A DNA stretch of 64,000 nt from Arenicellales bacterium (GTDB taxonomy: Bacteria; Pseudomonadota; Gammaproteobacteria; Arenicellales; JAJDZL01), in the NCBI GenBank assembly GCA_965214615.1, contig OZ243952.1, positions 1,539,941 to 1,603,940 of the forward strand, written 5' to 3'. Of the stretch, positions 13,116 to 27,493 are shown one piece after another. How positions within the stretch are numbered: position 1 is the first letter of the stretch; every line of letters starts with the position of its first letter. The translations under genes and the position numbers were made by a program. The notes beneath the pieces are model-generated. The model was given only the letters and a program-made list of their open reading frames with translations. It was not told the origin of the DNA and searched no databases.

Positions 13116-13304
13116 TTAACAAATATATTGTGGTAAAATAGCAACCCAATGTTGAATTGCGTTGAGTCCTTGTTCAACGGCGCGGATGCCAACCGCCGAA
13201 TGTTGAATGCGGAAGATTATCACAGTTGCACTTTCTGTGCAAAAATACTGGCAAGCCAGTAGACCTCATGCCCCCCACAGATTACTCGGACGAATCGTAA
13301 TTGT

Positions 13305-13910
13305 ATGTTTCAGTTAAGACATTCGACCACATCTCCGTTTGTTCGCAAAGTTTCTGCGACCATTATCGAGCTTGGAATCGACGATGCAGTGACTAGGATT
13401 TCAACCAATCCCTGGGATCCGGAAACCGATTTGCCGGCGACCAACCCGCTTGGAAAGGTGCCTGCATTGATCACCGAAAGCGGCGAAGTCTACTTTGACT
13501 CTCCGGTGATCTGCGAATACTTGGACAGCCAGTACGGCAACGGCGCGCTATTTCCGGTTCGCAACGAGGCGAGATGGGCCGCGTTGCGCCTTCAGGCGCT
13601 GGCCGACGGAATCATGGAGGCCGCGATAGGAAGGATTCTTGAGGGTCGCCGTCCGTCGCAGCTTCAATCCGAAAGCGTGAGTTCACGGCATCAGGCGGCG
13701 GTGGCCCGGTCTCTGAATCTGCTTGAGACCGAGGCGGACCAATTGGGTGACGGCTTTACGATTGGCCACCTGTCGATCGGCTGCGCGCTGGAATATCTTG
13801 ATTTCAGGTTTTCTTCGGAAGACTGGCGTCATGGTCGCTCCCGGCTCAAGCGCTGGCATGACAGCGTATCGGGGCGGCCGTCACTGGTGCAGACCGCACC
13901 TCACGACTAG
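13305..13910 (+). CDS. glutathione S-transferase family protein
   Basis: 201 aa. The N-terminus is thioredoxin-like (SPFVRKV...NPLGKVPALI) and the C-terminal domain is helical. Confidence 0.8.
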   Translation: MFQLRHSTTSPFVRKVSATIIELGIDDAVTRISTNPWDPETDLPATNPLGKVPALITESGEVYFDSPVICEYLDSQYGNGALFPVRNEARWAALRLQALADGIMEAAIGRILEGRRPSQLQSESVSSRHQAAVARSLNLLETEADQLGDGFTIGHLSIGCALEYLDFRFSSEDWRHGRSRLKRWHDSVSGRPSLVQTAPHD

Positions 13911-14039
13911 CGTAAAAACGGAGAGCAAAGTGACTATGCGCAGGTTCAACGGATCGTCAACGGCCTGCATCGAACTTCGCTGCCTCACAGCCGCTGCGCA
14001 TCAGCACCAGCGGATAATTGCGCATCGGCAGAACTTGTC

Positions 14040-17000
14040 ATGAAGCTGCGCCGAATCAAGCTTGCCGGATTCAAATCCTTCGCCGACCCGGTCACGCTGG
14101 CAGTCTCTAGCCGCATGGCTGGAATTGTCGGTCCCAACGGCGCCGGAAAATCCAACCTGATTGATGCGGTCCGCTGGGTTTCAGGTGAATCTTCGGCGCG
14201 AAATCTGCGCGGCGCGACGCTCGACGATGTCATTTTCAACGGTTCGGCAAGTCGCAGTCCCGCCGGGCGCGCCAGTGTCGAACTTGTTTTCGACAATGTC
14301 GGCGGACGGGCTCCGGGGGTCTGGTCGAAGTATGCCGAAATATCTGTGCGCCGTTCGCTGTCGCGCGACGGGTTGTCCGAATACTTTATCAACGGAACCC
14401 GGGTGAATCGCCGCGACATTACCCAGATGTTCCTCGGCACCGGATTCGGCGCACGGTCCTACTCCATTATTGAGCAGGGAATGATCAGCCGAATTGTCGA
14501 GGCCAGGCCCGAGGAGCTTGGCGGATTTATAGAAGAGGCGTCCGGAATCTCCCGGTTTCGGGAAAAGCGCAAAGAGACACTGTCAAAGCTTCGGTCGACA
14601 TCGGACAATCTCGATCGGCTAGACATCATGCGCGGCGAAGTCCAAAAGCGTCTGAATCAGCTTAAGTCGCAATCGAAGCAGGCGATGCGGTTTCGCAATC
14701 TTAAGGACAAGGAGCGAAAGCTCCGAATCGAGTTGCTTGCCCACGAGCATGGCGTGCACGAACAGCAAATCTGCGAACGGTCCGGCGAGCAGAGCCGGCA
14801 AGAAACAGTCCGCGAACAGCGGTTGGCTGATTTAAGGGCGACAGAAAGCGAGCTTGAACAGGCCAGAAGGCAGCAGCTTGATTTGCAAACTATGCTGAGC
14901 GAGCTGGAAATTGAGCGCTATCGCACCGATGCCCGGATTGCCGCGATTGAACGCAATATCGAAGATGCGCAAAAATCTCGGACTGAGGACGGGCAGGCCG
15001 TTGCCGAGGCTGAAAGCGATATCGCCAGGATAACAGGCGGCTTGCGCAGTTGCGAGCGTGACAGGCAGCAGGCATCTGACAAGCTGCACGGGTGCTCGCA
15101 GATGCTGGACAGCGTCACGGACGATCAGCGCAAGATGCAATTGAATATGGAAGATGCGGAGAAGTCTTTTGCGGACATAGCCGATCAGACCGCGCGCTGT
15201 GAGCGCGAATTGACAGAAACGCGGCTGCGCTGCGATGCGGCCAAGGAAAAACTTGCCCGCACCCTAAGGGACCATGACCGGAATGAAGATGCGATCGGCA
15301 AGCTCAAGGCGCAGCAAAGCGAGCTTGACCCGGATGCCGAGTCGGAAACGGGCAGGCACTTGCAATCGAAGATTGAACAGATCGGGCACACGTGCCAGGC
15401 ATTGGAGTTCAGGATTGAAGAATCCGATGCCGGATTGGACAATGCCAGAAAAAATCGCGAGCATCTATTGGATGAACTCGACGAATTGCGACAAAGCGCT
15501 CAGGAAGCCAATGTGCGCCTGATTTCGCTGCAGCGCAGCCACGATGCGGCCGATTCCGAGCGCCGTCGGCGCATATCCGCCTGGCTCGCCTCTCGCGGAC
15601 TGGACAGCGTGCCGGAACTGTCTTCCATGGTCGAAGTGTTCGGAGGATGGGAAAGGGCGGTCGACAGAGTACTGGGCAGCAAGCTTTCCGCGATTCCTGT
15701 CGATGACCTAGGCAGTATTGAATTGGATGACACACAGTCGTTGTCGGCTGACCTTTATCTCGTCGATTCTCGGCCGGTATCGGGGAAATTGAATGGCAAG
15801 CTGCCGGCGCTGGCGCAGCATGTCAGCTGTCCTGACGGGGCGCTGGACAGCTGGCTGACCGGCGTCTACGCGGCCGAATCAATTTGCGATGCCATGGATT
15901 GCCGATCGCAACTGGACGCCGGAGAGTGCATCGTTACAGCTGACGGGGCGCTGGTCGGTCCGAATTGGCTTTCGCCCGCGCTGGTGATGGATGAGCCTGC
16001 CGGAGTTGTTGAATTGTCCAGCACGATTCGCCAGACTAGGGCGCTCGTGGAGCAGCACGAACGGAATCAGGCGCTCAAGCGCACTGAAATTGAACACGCG
16101 CGAGCCGTCGTCGATGATCTTGAGAAATGCTGTCAGCAGTTGCGAAGCCAATTGACCGAGCACTCAAATCAGCGACTGGACATTCAGATGAAGCTCAACG
16201 ATGTGGAATTGCGTCAAAGCGCATCCGCGCAGCGCGCCAGTCAGCTGCGCGAGCAGATCGCACAGATTAGCCGGGACAATGTGCAACTGAATGATTTGTC
16301 GGCGCAGATCCAAGCCCAGGTTGCCCAGTTCGATGACCGGACGCAAGAGCTGAGTCGGGAGCTTGTGCGGCTTCAGGCACAGCGCCATTCGGCAGAAACT
16401 GCGGTCGGCCAGGCACGAAGCGAACTCGATGCAGTGGTCGAGCGAAAGCATCAATGCGAACTCAATGCCATGCGCTGGAAGTCGGAAAGAGAAGCAGCCG
16501 ATACGGCGATTCAGGATCTGAAAGACCGCATTGCCCGAAGGAAGGCCGAACTGGCCGAAGCCCGTTCGCGGCTGAACCAGGACGACCCGACGCCGGCGCT
16601 GAAGAAAACACTCGATCAGTTGACAGATTCAAGCCGCTCAATGTCGGAAAAGCTGGCGCAGGCGCGCAGCAATGTCGATGATGCCGAATCATCGTATCGG
16701 CAGATCGATCAGCGTCGTTTGCAGCATCAGCTCAATGTTGAACAGGCCAATTCGCTGCTGAATGACAAGCAGCTTGAAATCAATCGACTTTCGGTGCAAT
16801 TGGAAGGCATCGTCGCAAAAATGAAATCGCTCGAGATTGATCCCGGCCAGTGCGCCGAATTGCTTAGCGAGGACTTTGATCCTGACGAGACCGTCGCACT
16901 GCTCGAAAAGGCTGTCCGGCGGATTGACAATTTCGGACCTATCAATTTGACCGCGATCGACGAATTCGAGCAAGAGCGCGTTCGCAAGGAATACATGGAC

Positions 17001-17542
17001 AGCCAATACGCGGACCTGGCTGATGCCGTTGCAACTTTGGAAGGCAGTGTTGCAAAGATCGATAGGGAGACTCGACAGAGATTTCAAAAGACATACGAGT
17101 CGGTGAACCATAGCTTTCAGGAAATATTCCCCAAATTGTTCGGCGGCGGCAAGGGTTATCTGGAATTGTCCGGAGAATATCCGACAGATGCGGGAATCAG
17201 CGTCTTCGCCTGTCCCAAGGGCAAGCGAATCAACAATATTCAGTCTCTCTCCGGGGGTGAAAAGGCATTGACTGCGGTTGCCTTGCTGCTGTCGATCTAT
17301 CAGCTGAATCCGGCGCCGGTGTGTTTTCTCGATGAAATTGACGCACCTTTGGACGATGAGAATGTCTTTCGACTCTGTCAGAATCTTCGATATTTGTCAG
17401 AGCGCACGCAACTGTTTGTTGTCACTCATAATAAAATCACGATGGAGAACGCAGACATGCTTTTCGGTGTCGCCATGCCCGAGCCGAACGTGTCGCAGCT
17501 ATTGTCCGTAAATCTCGAACAAGCCCAGGAGTACGCTGCATA

Positions 17543-17543
<1 letters not shown>
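14040..17543 (+). CDS. smc: chromosome segregation protein SMC
   Basis: 1167 aa with Walker A GPNGAGKSN, long coiled coils, the signature LSGGEKALTAVALLL and Walker B FLDEIDAPLD. Confidence 0.95.
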
Positions 17544-21825
<4,282 letters not shown>

Positions 21826-21939
21826 TCCCGGTCAGTTAGGATTCGGCGGCTTGGTGTGTGGTCACATTGCTCTGAATTGACTCAATATGATGCAGTGCAA
21901 CATCGATGAGGCTGCCAAGGCGATAAAGCGCAGTCCTAT

Positions 21940-21968
21940 TTGGAATTCGGGTCTGTTGTCCCTATAAT
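21940..21968 (+). promoter_or_regulatory. candidate sigma70 promoter upstream of the small heat-shock gene
   Basis: TTGGAA (21940-21945), an exact 17-nt spacer, then TATAAT (21963-21968). This would give a leader of about 150 nt before the ATG at 22123. Confidence 0.45.
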
Positions 21969-22122
21969 AATAGGAAGGCAGGTCGCGTGGAACTATGTGA
22001 AAATAGTTTGAAATTGCAGCGTAGATAGGAAAACGCCTGGTATGCGGAAAACTGCAGGATGAGGTTGCGCGATGTCTGCCACTGGTGATGATGCGGCGCA
22101 CAAATATTAAGAGGTACTATTC

Positions 22123-22563
22123 ATGTCTCAAAAGATCACATCTCCGTTCGGAGGCTACTACATTTATCCGGACGACTCACATAACCTGTTTCAGCAGTTG
22201 CTCGGCCACAAGCCGGCAGCGCAGCGCGAAACTTCGCGGGACTTGATTCCTGAAGTGGATATTTTCGAGGACGAATCCGCGTATTACGCTTCCATAGAAA
22301 TGCCGGGTGTCGAAAAATCCGATCTAGGCATTACCTGCACGGACAACACGGTGACGATCAATGCGAAGGTTGAAAGATCCGAGCATCAGGATGGCCACTG
22401 GGTTCAGCATGAACGACGCACCGGAACGTATGTCCGCAGTATTCAGTTTCGTGTTCCGATTGCGGCGGATGATATCGGCGCCAACTACGAAGCCGGAATT
22501 CTGAATCTAAAGATTCCGAAAAGATCGCCGGATCAAAAGACCGTCTCCATCAGTGTCGAATAG
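22123..22563 (+). CDS. Hsp20/alpha-crystallin small heat-shock protein
   Basis: 146 aa alpha-crystallin domain ending in AGILNLKIPK. Confidence 0.85.
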   Translation: MSQKITSPFGGYYIYPDDSHNLFQQLLGHKPAAQRETSRDLIPEVDIFEDESAYYASIEMPGVEKSDLGITCTDNTVTINAKVERSEHQDGHWVQHERRTGTYVRSIQFRVPIAADDIGANYEAGILNLKIPKRSPDQKTVSISVE

Positions 22564-22596
22564 CCTGAGCAGCAGCTGTCGAACCGCAGTCAAATT

Positions 22597-22638
22597 GCCG
22601 GCGCATACGCTGCGCGATGCGCCGGCTTTGTTGCTTTG
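22597..22638 (+). terminator. Rho-independent terminator after the hsp20 gene
   Basis: Perfect 10-bp stem gccggcgcat/atgcgccggc followed by tttgttgctttg. Confidence 0.7.
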
Positions 22639-22738
22639 TGCCTAGGAAGGCTTTCTGCCTTGCTTTCCTTGTCTGGCATCCGGATGCCGGCAGGGTGAAG
22701 ATTTCTTTTCAGATACATACGCTGTAACACGAGAATTT

Positions 22739-25420
22739 ATGATGCTTGATAGCTTTAGCGCCCGGACTGAACTTAAGGTTCAAAATCAGGATTACGAAAT
22801 TTATTCATTGCCGCGGCTGGCCGATCGTCATCCCGTTGCCGAGCTTCCGTATTCGATGAAGATTCTACTGGAGAATCTGCTTCGTAACGAGAATGGCGAA
22901 GACGTGACCAAGGAGCAGATCGCCGCGGTCGCCGGGTGGGATCCTTCAGTCGATATCGAACTGGAGATCGGATTCAATCCGGCGCGTGTTCTGATGCAGG
23001 ACTTTACCGGTGTTCCCGCTGTAGTCGATTTGGCCGCCATGCGCGATGCGATGGAGAGGCTTGGTCACGACCCGCGCGCGATTAATCCAAGCATCCGTAC
23101 GGACCTGGTCATTGACCATTCGGTGATGGTTGATCACCATGGCACAGCGAACGCGATCGATTTGAATTCAGTGCTTGAATACCGGCGCAATTTTGAACGC
23201 TATTCGTTTTTGCGCTGGGGGCAGAACAGCTTTACGAATTTCAGCGTCGTGCCGCCTTCGACAGGCATTGTCCATCAGGTCAATCTTGAGTATTTGGCGA
23301 ATGTAGTGTTTCAAGAATCGACTGGCGGCGTGATTTCGGCATTTCCGGATACCGTAGTCGGAACAGATTCCCACACCACAATGATTAACGGCATAGGCGT
23401 GCTGGGTTGGGGCGTAGGAGGAATTGAGGCTGAAGCGGCCATGCTGGGGCAGTCGATCGCCATGCTTCTGCCGAAAGTGGTCGGCATGGAACTGCGGGGC
23501 AGCATGCCTGAAGGGACGACATCGACAGACCTTGTGCTTTCGATAGTGGAAATTCTTCGAGAGCACGGCGTTGTTGGCAAGATTGTCGAGTTTTTCGGTG
23601 ATGGCCTTGACAATCTGACGGTTTCCGATCAGGCGACGATATCCAATATGGCACCGGAATACGGAGCAACGTGCGGAATTTTTCCGATTGACGCGGATAC
23701 GCTAGAGTACTTGAGGCTGACAGGACGGTCGGAAAAGCAGATTGCCCTGGTCGAAGCCTATGCGCGTCATCAAGGCATGTTTCGCGAATCCGGCCAGCGG
23801 GTAAAAATGAAATTCAGTGAAACCCTTACGCTCGATATGTCGACAATCGTCCCGAGCATCGCAGGTCCGAAGCGTCCTCAGGATCGTGTGAATCTGCGTG
23901 AAGCAAGTTCGCGTGTGAATCAGCATGTGGACAAGGCTCGCGGCGGTGAGCCGAGATCGACCGATGTTGAATTCGAATCGGGGGTTGAGACGGTTTCTGA
24001 CGGAGACGTCGTTGTCGCAGCGATCACCAGTTGCACGAACACTTCGAATCCTGCGGTAGTTGTCGCGGCCGGATTGCTCGCTCGCAACGCCGTCGATGCC
24101 GGCCTTGATGTCAAGCCTTGGGTCAAGACATCGCTTGCGCCAGGATCGCAGGTCGTGACTGAATATCTGAAGCGTTCCGGTTTGCTGACACCGTTGGAAG
24201 CACTCGGATTTTCTGTGGTCGGCTATGGTTGCACCACATGCATCGGCAATAGCGGGCCGCTGCCTGAAGCGGTGGCTTCGGCTGTCACCGGCAATGACTT
24301 GATGGTGGCTTCGGTGCTATCTGGAAATCGAAATTTTGAAGGGCGTGTGCATCCTCTGGTGAAGATGAATTTTCTTGCATCGCCGCCGCTGGTTGTCGCC
24401 TATGCGCTTGCCGGTTCGATGAATGTCAATCTGTACGAAGATCCGATTGGAACCGGAAGCGATGGACAAGCGGTCTATTTGCGTGATATTTGGCCGAGTG
24501 CCAGGCAGATTGAATCGGTGATCCGGGACTGCATCGATCAAGCCATGTTTCGCAAAAAGTATGTCGATGTATTTAAAGGGGATAGGAACTGGGAAACAAT
24601 TCCTGTATCGGTTTCCGGCTGCTACGACTGGGATGATGGATCCACCTACATCAGAAAGCCGCCGTACTTTGAGAACATGGGACGCTCATACGACCCGATC
24701 GAGCAGATACACGGCGCCCGCGCGCTGGCGGTGCTTGGTGATAGCATTACTACTGACCACATATCGCCTGCAGGCTCGATTATGCAGGACAGTCCTGCCG
24801 GCGCCTATCTCATGGAGCATGGAGTCATGGCTGAAGATTTCAACTCCTACGGTTCTCGCCGGGGAAATCATGAAGTGATGGTTCGAGGCACGTTTGCGAA
24901 CATCCGATTGCGCAACGAGATGGCTGATGGCAGGGAAGGCGGCTGGACCCGCCACATGCCGTCGGGTGAAATGATGTCGATCTATGACGCGTCGCTGCTG
25001 TATCGGCAGCAGCGGGTTCCGCTCATTGTCATAGCGGGTTCGCAATACGGTTCCGGCTCTTCGCGCGACTGGGCTGCGAAAGGGCCGCTTTTGCTCGGTG
25101 TCAAAGCGGTCATTGTCGAAAGCTACGAACGGATTCATCGTTCGAATCTGGTCGGAATGGGGATATTGCCACTGCAATTTGCCGAGGGCGAAACCCGACG
25201 CTCGCTCAATTTGACTGGGAGCGAGGTATTCCACATCGATGGAATCGAGGTCGGAGCGAAGGAGGTAGATGTGACAGTGTCGCGCGATAACGGCACCAAG
25301 GAGAAATTTCTTGCGCTGGTGCGAATCGATACGCCTCGGGAATGGGAGTACTACGAAAATAGAGGCGTTCTTCGCTATGTGGTTCGTCACTTGGCGGGCA
25401 GCCGCCAAAGAGCGGCGTAG
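22739..25420 (+). CDS. acnA: aconitate hydratase A
   Basis: 893 aa. Fe-S ligand motifs CTNTSNP and GCTTCIGNSG are present, with the swivel-domain motif SGSSRDWAAKG. Confidence 0.95.
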   Translation: MMLDSFSARTELKVQNQDYEIYSLPRLADRHPVAELPYSMKILLENLLRNENGEDVTKEQIAAVAGWDPSVDIELEIGFNPARVLMQDFTGVPAVVDLAAMRDAMERLGHDPRAINPSIRTDLVIDHSVMVDHHGTANAIDLNSVLEYRRNFERYSFLRWGQNSFTNFSVVPPSTGIVHQVNLEYLANVVFQESTGGVISAFPDTVVGTDSHTTMINGIGVLGWGVGGIEAEAAMLGQSIAMLLPKVVGMELRGSMPEGTTSTDLVLSIVEILREHGVVGKIVEFFGDGLDNLTVSDQATISNMAPEYGATCGIFPIDADTLEYLRLTGRSEKQIALVEAYARHQGMFRESGQRVKMKFSETLTLDMSTIVPSIAGPKRPQDRVNLREASSRVNQHVDKARGGEPRSTDVEFESGVETVSDGDVVVAAITSCTNTSNPAVVVAAGLLARNAVDAGLDVKPWVKTSLAPGSQVVTEYLKRSGLLTPLEALGFSVVGYGCTTCIGNSGPLPEAVASAVTGNDLMVASVLSGNRNFEGRVHPLVKMNFLASPPLVVAYALAGSMNVNLYEDPIGTGSDGQAVYLRDIWPSARQIESVIRDCIDQAMFRKKYVDVFKGDRNWETIPVSVSGCYDWDDGSTYIRKPPYFENMGRSYDPIEQIHGARALAVLGDSITTDHISPAGSIMQDSPAGAYLMEHGVMAEDFNSYGSRRGNHEVMVRGTFANIRLRNEMADGREGGWTRHMPSGEMMSIYDASLLYRQQRVPLIVIAGSQYGSGSSRDWAAKGPLLLGVKAVIVESYERIHRSNLVGMGILPLQFAEGETRRSLNLTGSEVFHIDGIEVGAKEVDVTVSRDNGTKEKFLALVRIDTPREWEYYENRGVLRYVVRHLAGSRQRAA

Positions 25421-25902
25421 CTGATAGGCGATGCCGAAGATTCTGTTGGATGCCCGTTCAGACAGACCGATGTACGCCGTGTCGAGAATCCGTCTGCTTG
25501 CCAGCATATGGAGTTAACTGCGGTTCGACGATTTATCGTGGAATGATCGTCGCACCTAGTTCGAATGCCTGCCGATGGAGTCGCGGAAGTGTTGTTGCCG
25601 GCAAGCCGTTTACCGATGCATCCGCATTCTGTTGACGCAATGTCGACTCCGTTGCTGTTTTGATGCCCATTGGAAGTGAAATTCGGAGTTTGCGCTGGAA
25701 TTTGCCCAACATCTGTTGCGTTCAAGTTGTGTTTGCATGGTTTGATGCGTAGTGTTTCAGAGGGACGCATCCGACCGCCTTGGACAAATCAATTAATTCA
25801 AAGCAAGAGAAATAACTTGCTGATCCAACGTTCGGAATCACTTGGCCCCGCCCGCCATTGATTTTGCCGGACTGGTGCCCGCATTGATCTTGTAACTGCG
25901 CT

Positions 25903-25934
25903 ACACGGCAGTTGCTTTGCCGTGTTCGATTTTG
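25903..25934 (+). terminator. orphan terminator-like hairpin in gene-less DNA
   Basis: 8-bp stem acacggca/tgccgtgt with a 7-nt loop, followed by tcgattttg. No convincing ORF lies upstream within about 480 nt of the acnA stop. Confidence 0.4.
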
Positions 25935-26287
25935 CCTCACGTATTTTTCGCAATTGAAAAGTAGTGCTGCTTGCGACACCGTCTTGCCCGGCATTCTTGA
26001 TCAATTCCCTTGGCATGGCAGAATCTGTTCATGTTCTCCGTGTGCATTGGCGTGCGCGTCGCTTAGCAGCAGGCAAGGCAGCTTACTCGCCGGTTGAATT
26101 GCGCTCGGGCGCGTATTGCGCGTCTTCAGGCGGTCGGGAAATTCATAAATAAAAATAATTCGTGTGAAGAACTGATTTTTGATTGACGCTGCCGTCCGTG
26201 GCGACGATCATCGATCGATACTTGACAGCCTGGTGAGCACTTGAAGCCGCCGCGGCCATGATGCACAGAATTTGATTATGGAGGCGC

Positions 26288-27367
26288 ATGATGAAAAACG
26301 ACCCGACCTATAGGGACTTCTTTTCGTACCGGACATTTTTCGAAGATTTTCTCCGCTATATCTATCGCGACGAGGGGTCTCTTGAGGATATATTTGATCT
26401 GTCTACGCTGCGCCAGGCCACCGCCGAGCACGTGACGCCGGAGTTCAAGAACCGCTGTTCGGATACCGTATGGGTGTGCGATCTGGCCTCATCGGGCGTG
26501 ACGGTGTGCTTTTGTGTGGAGTTTCAGACGGACTGCGATTTGCACATGCCGGTGCGCATGGTTGGCTATAACGCGATGTTACTGGGATCTTTGACCAAGG
26601 AAGCAAAGGCCGAAGTCTTAAGGCGGGTATGCCCGCCGGTGGCTCTTGTGGTAATCTTTCATGGACCGGGACGCTGGAATGTGGCTACAAATGTTCGCGA
26701 CACGTTCGCCGAGACCGGTATCAAGGCGATTCAGTCGCGGCTTGTTTCGGCTCCGTATGAGTTGATCGAGGAGCGAGAGAAAGCGACTGGAAGCTTGGAC
26801 ACGCGACTGCTGTATCCAGCGCTGCTGCGGATGATTTACAGCGAAGATGTTCTTCAGGTTGTCGATGCATGGCGCGCGGTGCGCAGGCGTCTTGTCGGCG
26901 AAGAGCATGGCGAACTGCGTAAACAGTTCGTAAAATTGATACAAAATGTGGTGTCCCTGAAATTCAAGGGGATGACGATGATAGACGAGGAGGACTCGAT
27001 GAGCACAGTAGAAGAGCGGTTTGCCGAATCGATTGATAAATGGTCTCTGAAAATGAAGCGGGAAAGCATGGCGGAGGGCCTGGCGGAGGGCATCGAAAAG
27101 GGCATCGAAAAGGGCATGGAGAAGGGCATGGAGAAGGGCATCGAGAAAGGCATCGAGAAAGGCATCGAGAAAGGCATCGAGAAAGGCATGGAGAAAGGCA
27201 GGAAAGAAGCAATGCAGTCTGTCCTGCAGAATTTGTTGGAGAATAAGTTCGGCATGGTGCCCAAAACGGCGCGCCAGCGCATTGAATCGGCCGACTGTGG
27301 TCAGTTGCAACGCTGGGCGGTCCGAGTGATACAAGCCGCCAAGATCGACCATGTATTTACGGACTGA
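26288..27367 (+). CDS. Rpn-family recombination-promoting nuclease / PD-(D/E)XK putative transposase with a DUF4351-like tail
   Basis: The N-terminal layout YRDFFSY..FEDFL...SDTVWV...VCFCVEFQTD..MPVRMVGY matches the YhgA/Rpn PD-(D/E)XK core as I recall it. The C-terminus carries a (G[IM]EK)n repeat followed by a helical tail. Confidence 0.7.
   Translation: MMKNDPTYRDFFSYRTFFEDFLRYIYRDEGSLEDIFDLSTLRQATAEHVTPEFKNRCSDTVWVCDLASSGVTVCFCVEFQTDCDLHMPVRMVGYNAMLLGSLTKEAKAEVLRRVCPPVALVVIFHGPGRWNVATNVRDTFAETGIKAIQSRLVSAPYELIEEREKATGSLDTRLLYPALLRMIYSEDVLQVVDAWRAVRRRLVGEEHGELRKQFVKLIQNVVSLKFKGMTMIDEEDSMSTVEERFAESIDKWSLKMKRESMAEGLAEGIEKGIEKGMEKGMEKGIEKGIEKGIEKGIEKGMEKGRKEAMQSVLQNLLENKFGMVPKTARQRIESADCGQLQRWAVRVIQAAKIDHVFTD
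27089..27196 (+). repeat. nine head-to-tail 12-bp units (ggcatcgaraar / ggcatggagaar) encoding (GIEK/GMEK)9 inside the rpn-like gene
   Basis: Read directly from the sequence. The units are in frame with the ORF that starts at 26288, and related half-units (AEGL, AEGI, GRKE) flank the array. Confidence 0.95.
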
Positions 27368-27410
27368 TTCGCTGGATTTTTCCGCCGAGGCAAATTGCAA
27401 ATGTTTCTGC

Positions 27411-27493
27411 GTGCACAAAATTCGTGCATAATTTGCTTGAAAATTTGGGTGTTTACAGTGTAAACACCCGAATCATGCACAATTTTTGTGCAT
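27411..27493. repeat. three closely spaced palindromes downstream of the rpn-like gene
   Basis: 27411-27429 is gTGCACaaaattcGTGCAt. 27447-27469 is GGGTGTTTACA-g-TGTAAACACCC, perfect 11-bp arms with a 1-nt spacer. 27475-27493 is ATGCACAAtttTTGTGCAT, perfect 8-bp arms. Confidence 0.9.

Noticed and set aside
22006-22035. The sequence tttgaaa...ggaaaacg upstream of the hsp20 gene, considered as a sigma32 promoter.
   Set aside because: The -10 region does not resemble CCCCATNT, so the match is too weak to call.
25387-25770. A 127-aa minus-strand ORF in the gene-less stretch, overlapping the acnA 3' end.
   Set aside because: It has no Shine-Dalgarno sequence, signal peptide or recognisable motif. 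Its composition is odd (N/S/T-rich) and it overlaps the end of a solid gene, so it is probably not coding.
27089-27196. A regular short repeat array that could superficially be mistaken for a CRISPR array.
   Set aside because: The units are only 12 bp long with no spacers, and they lie in frame inside a coding sequence. This is a coding tandem repeat.
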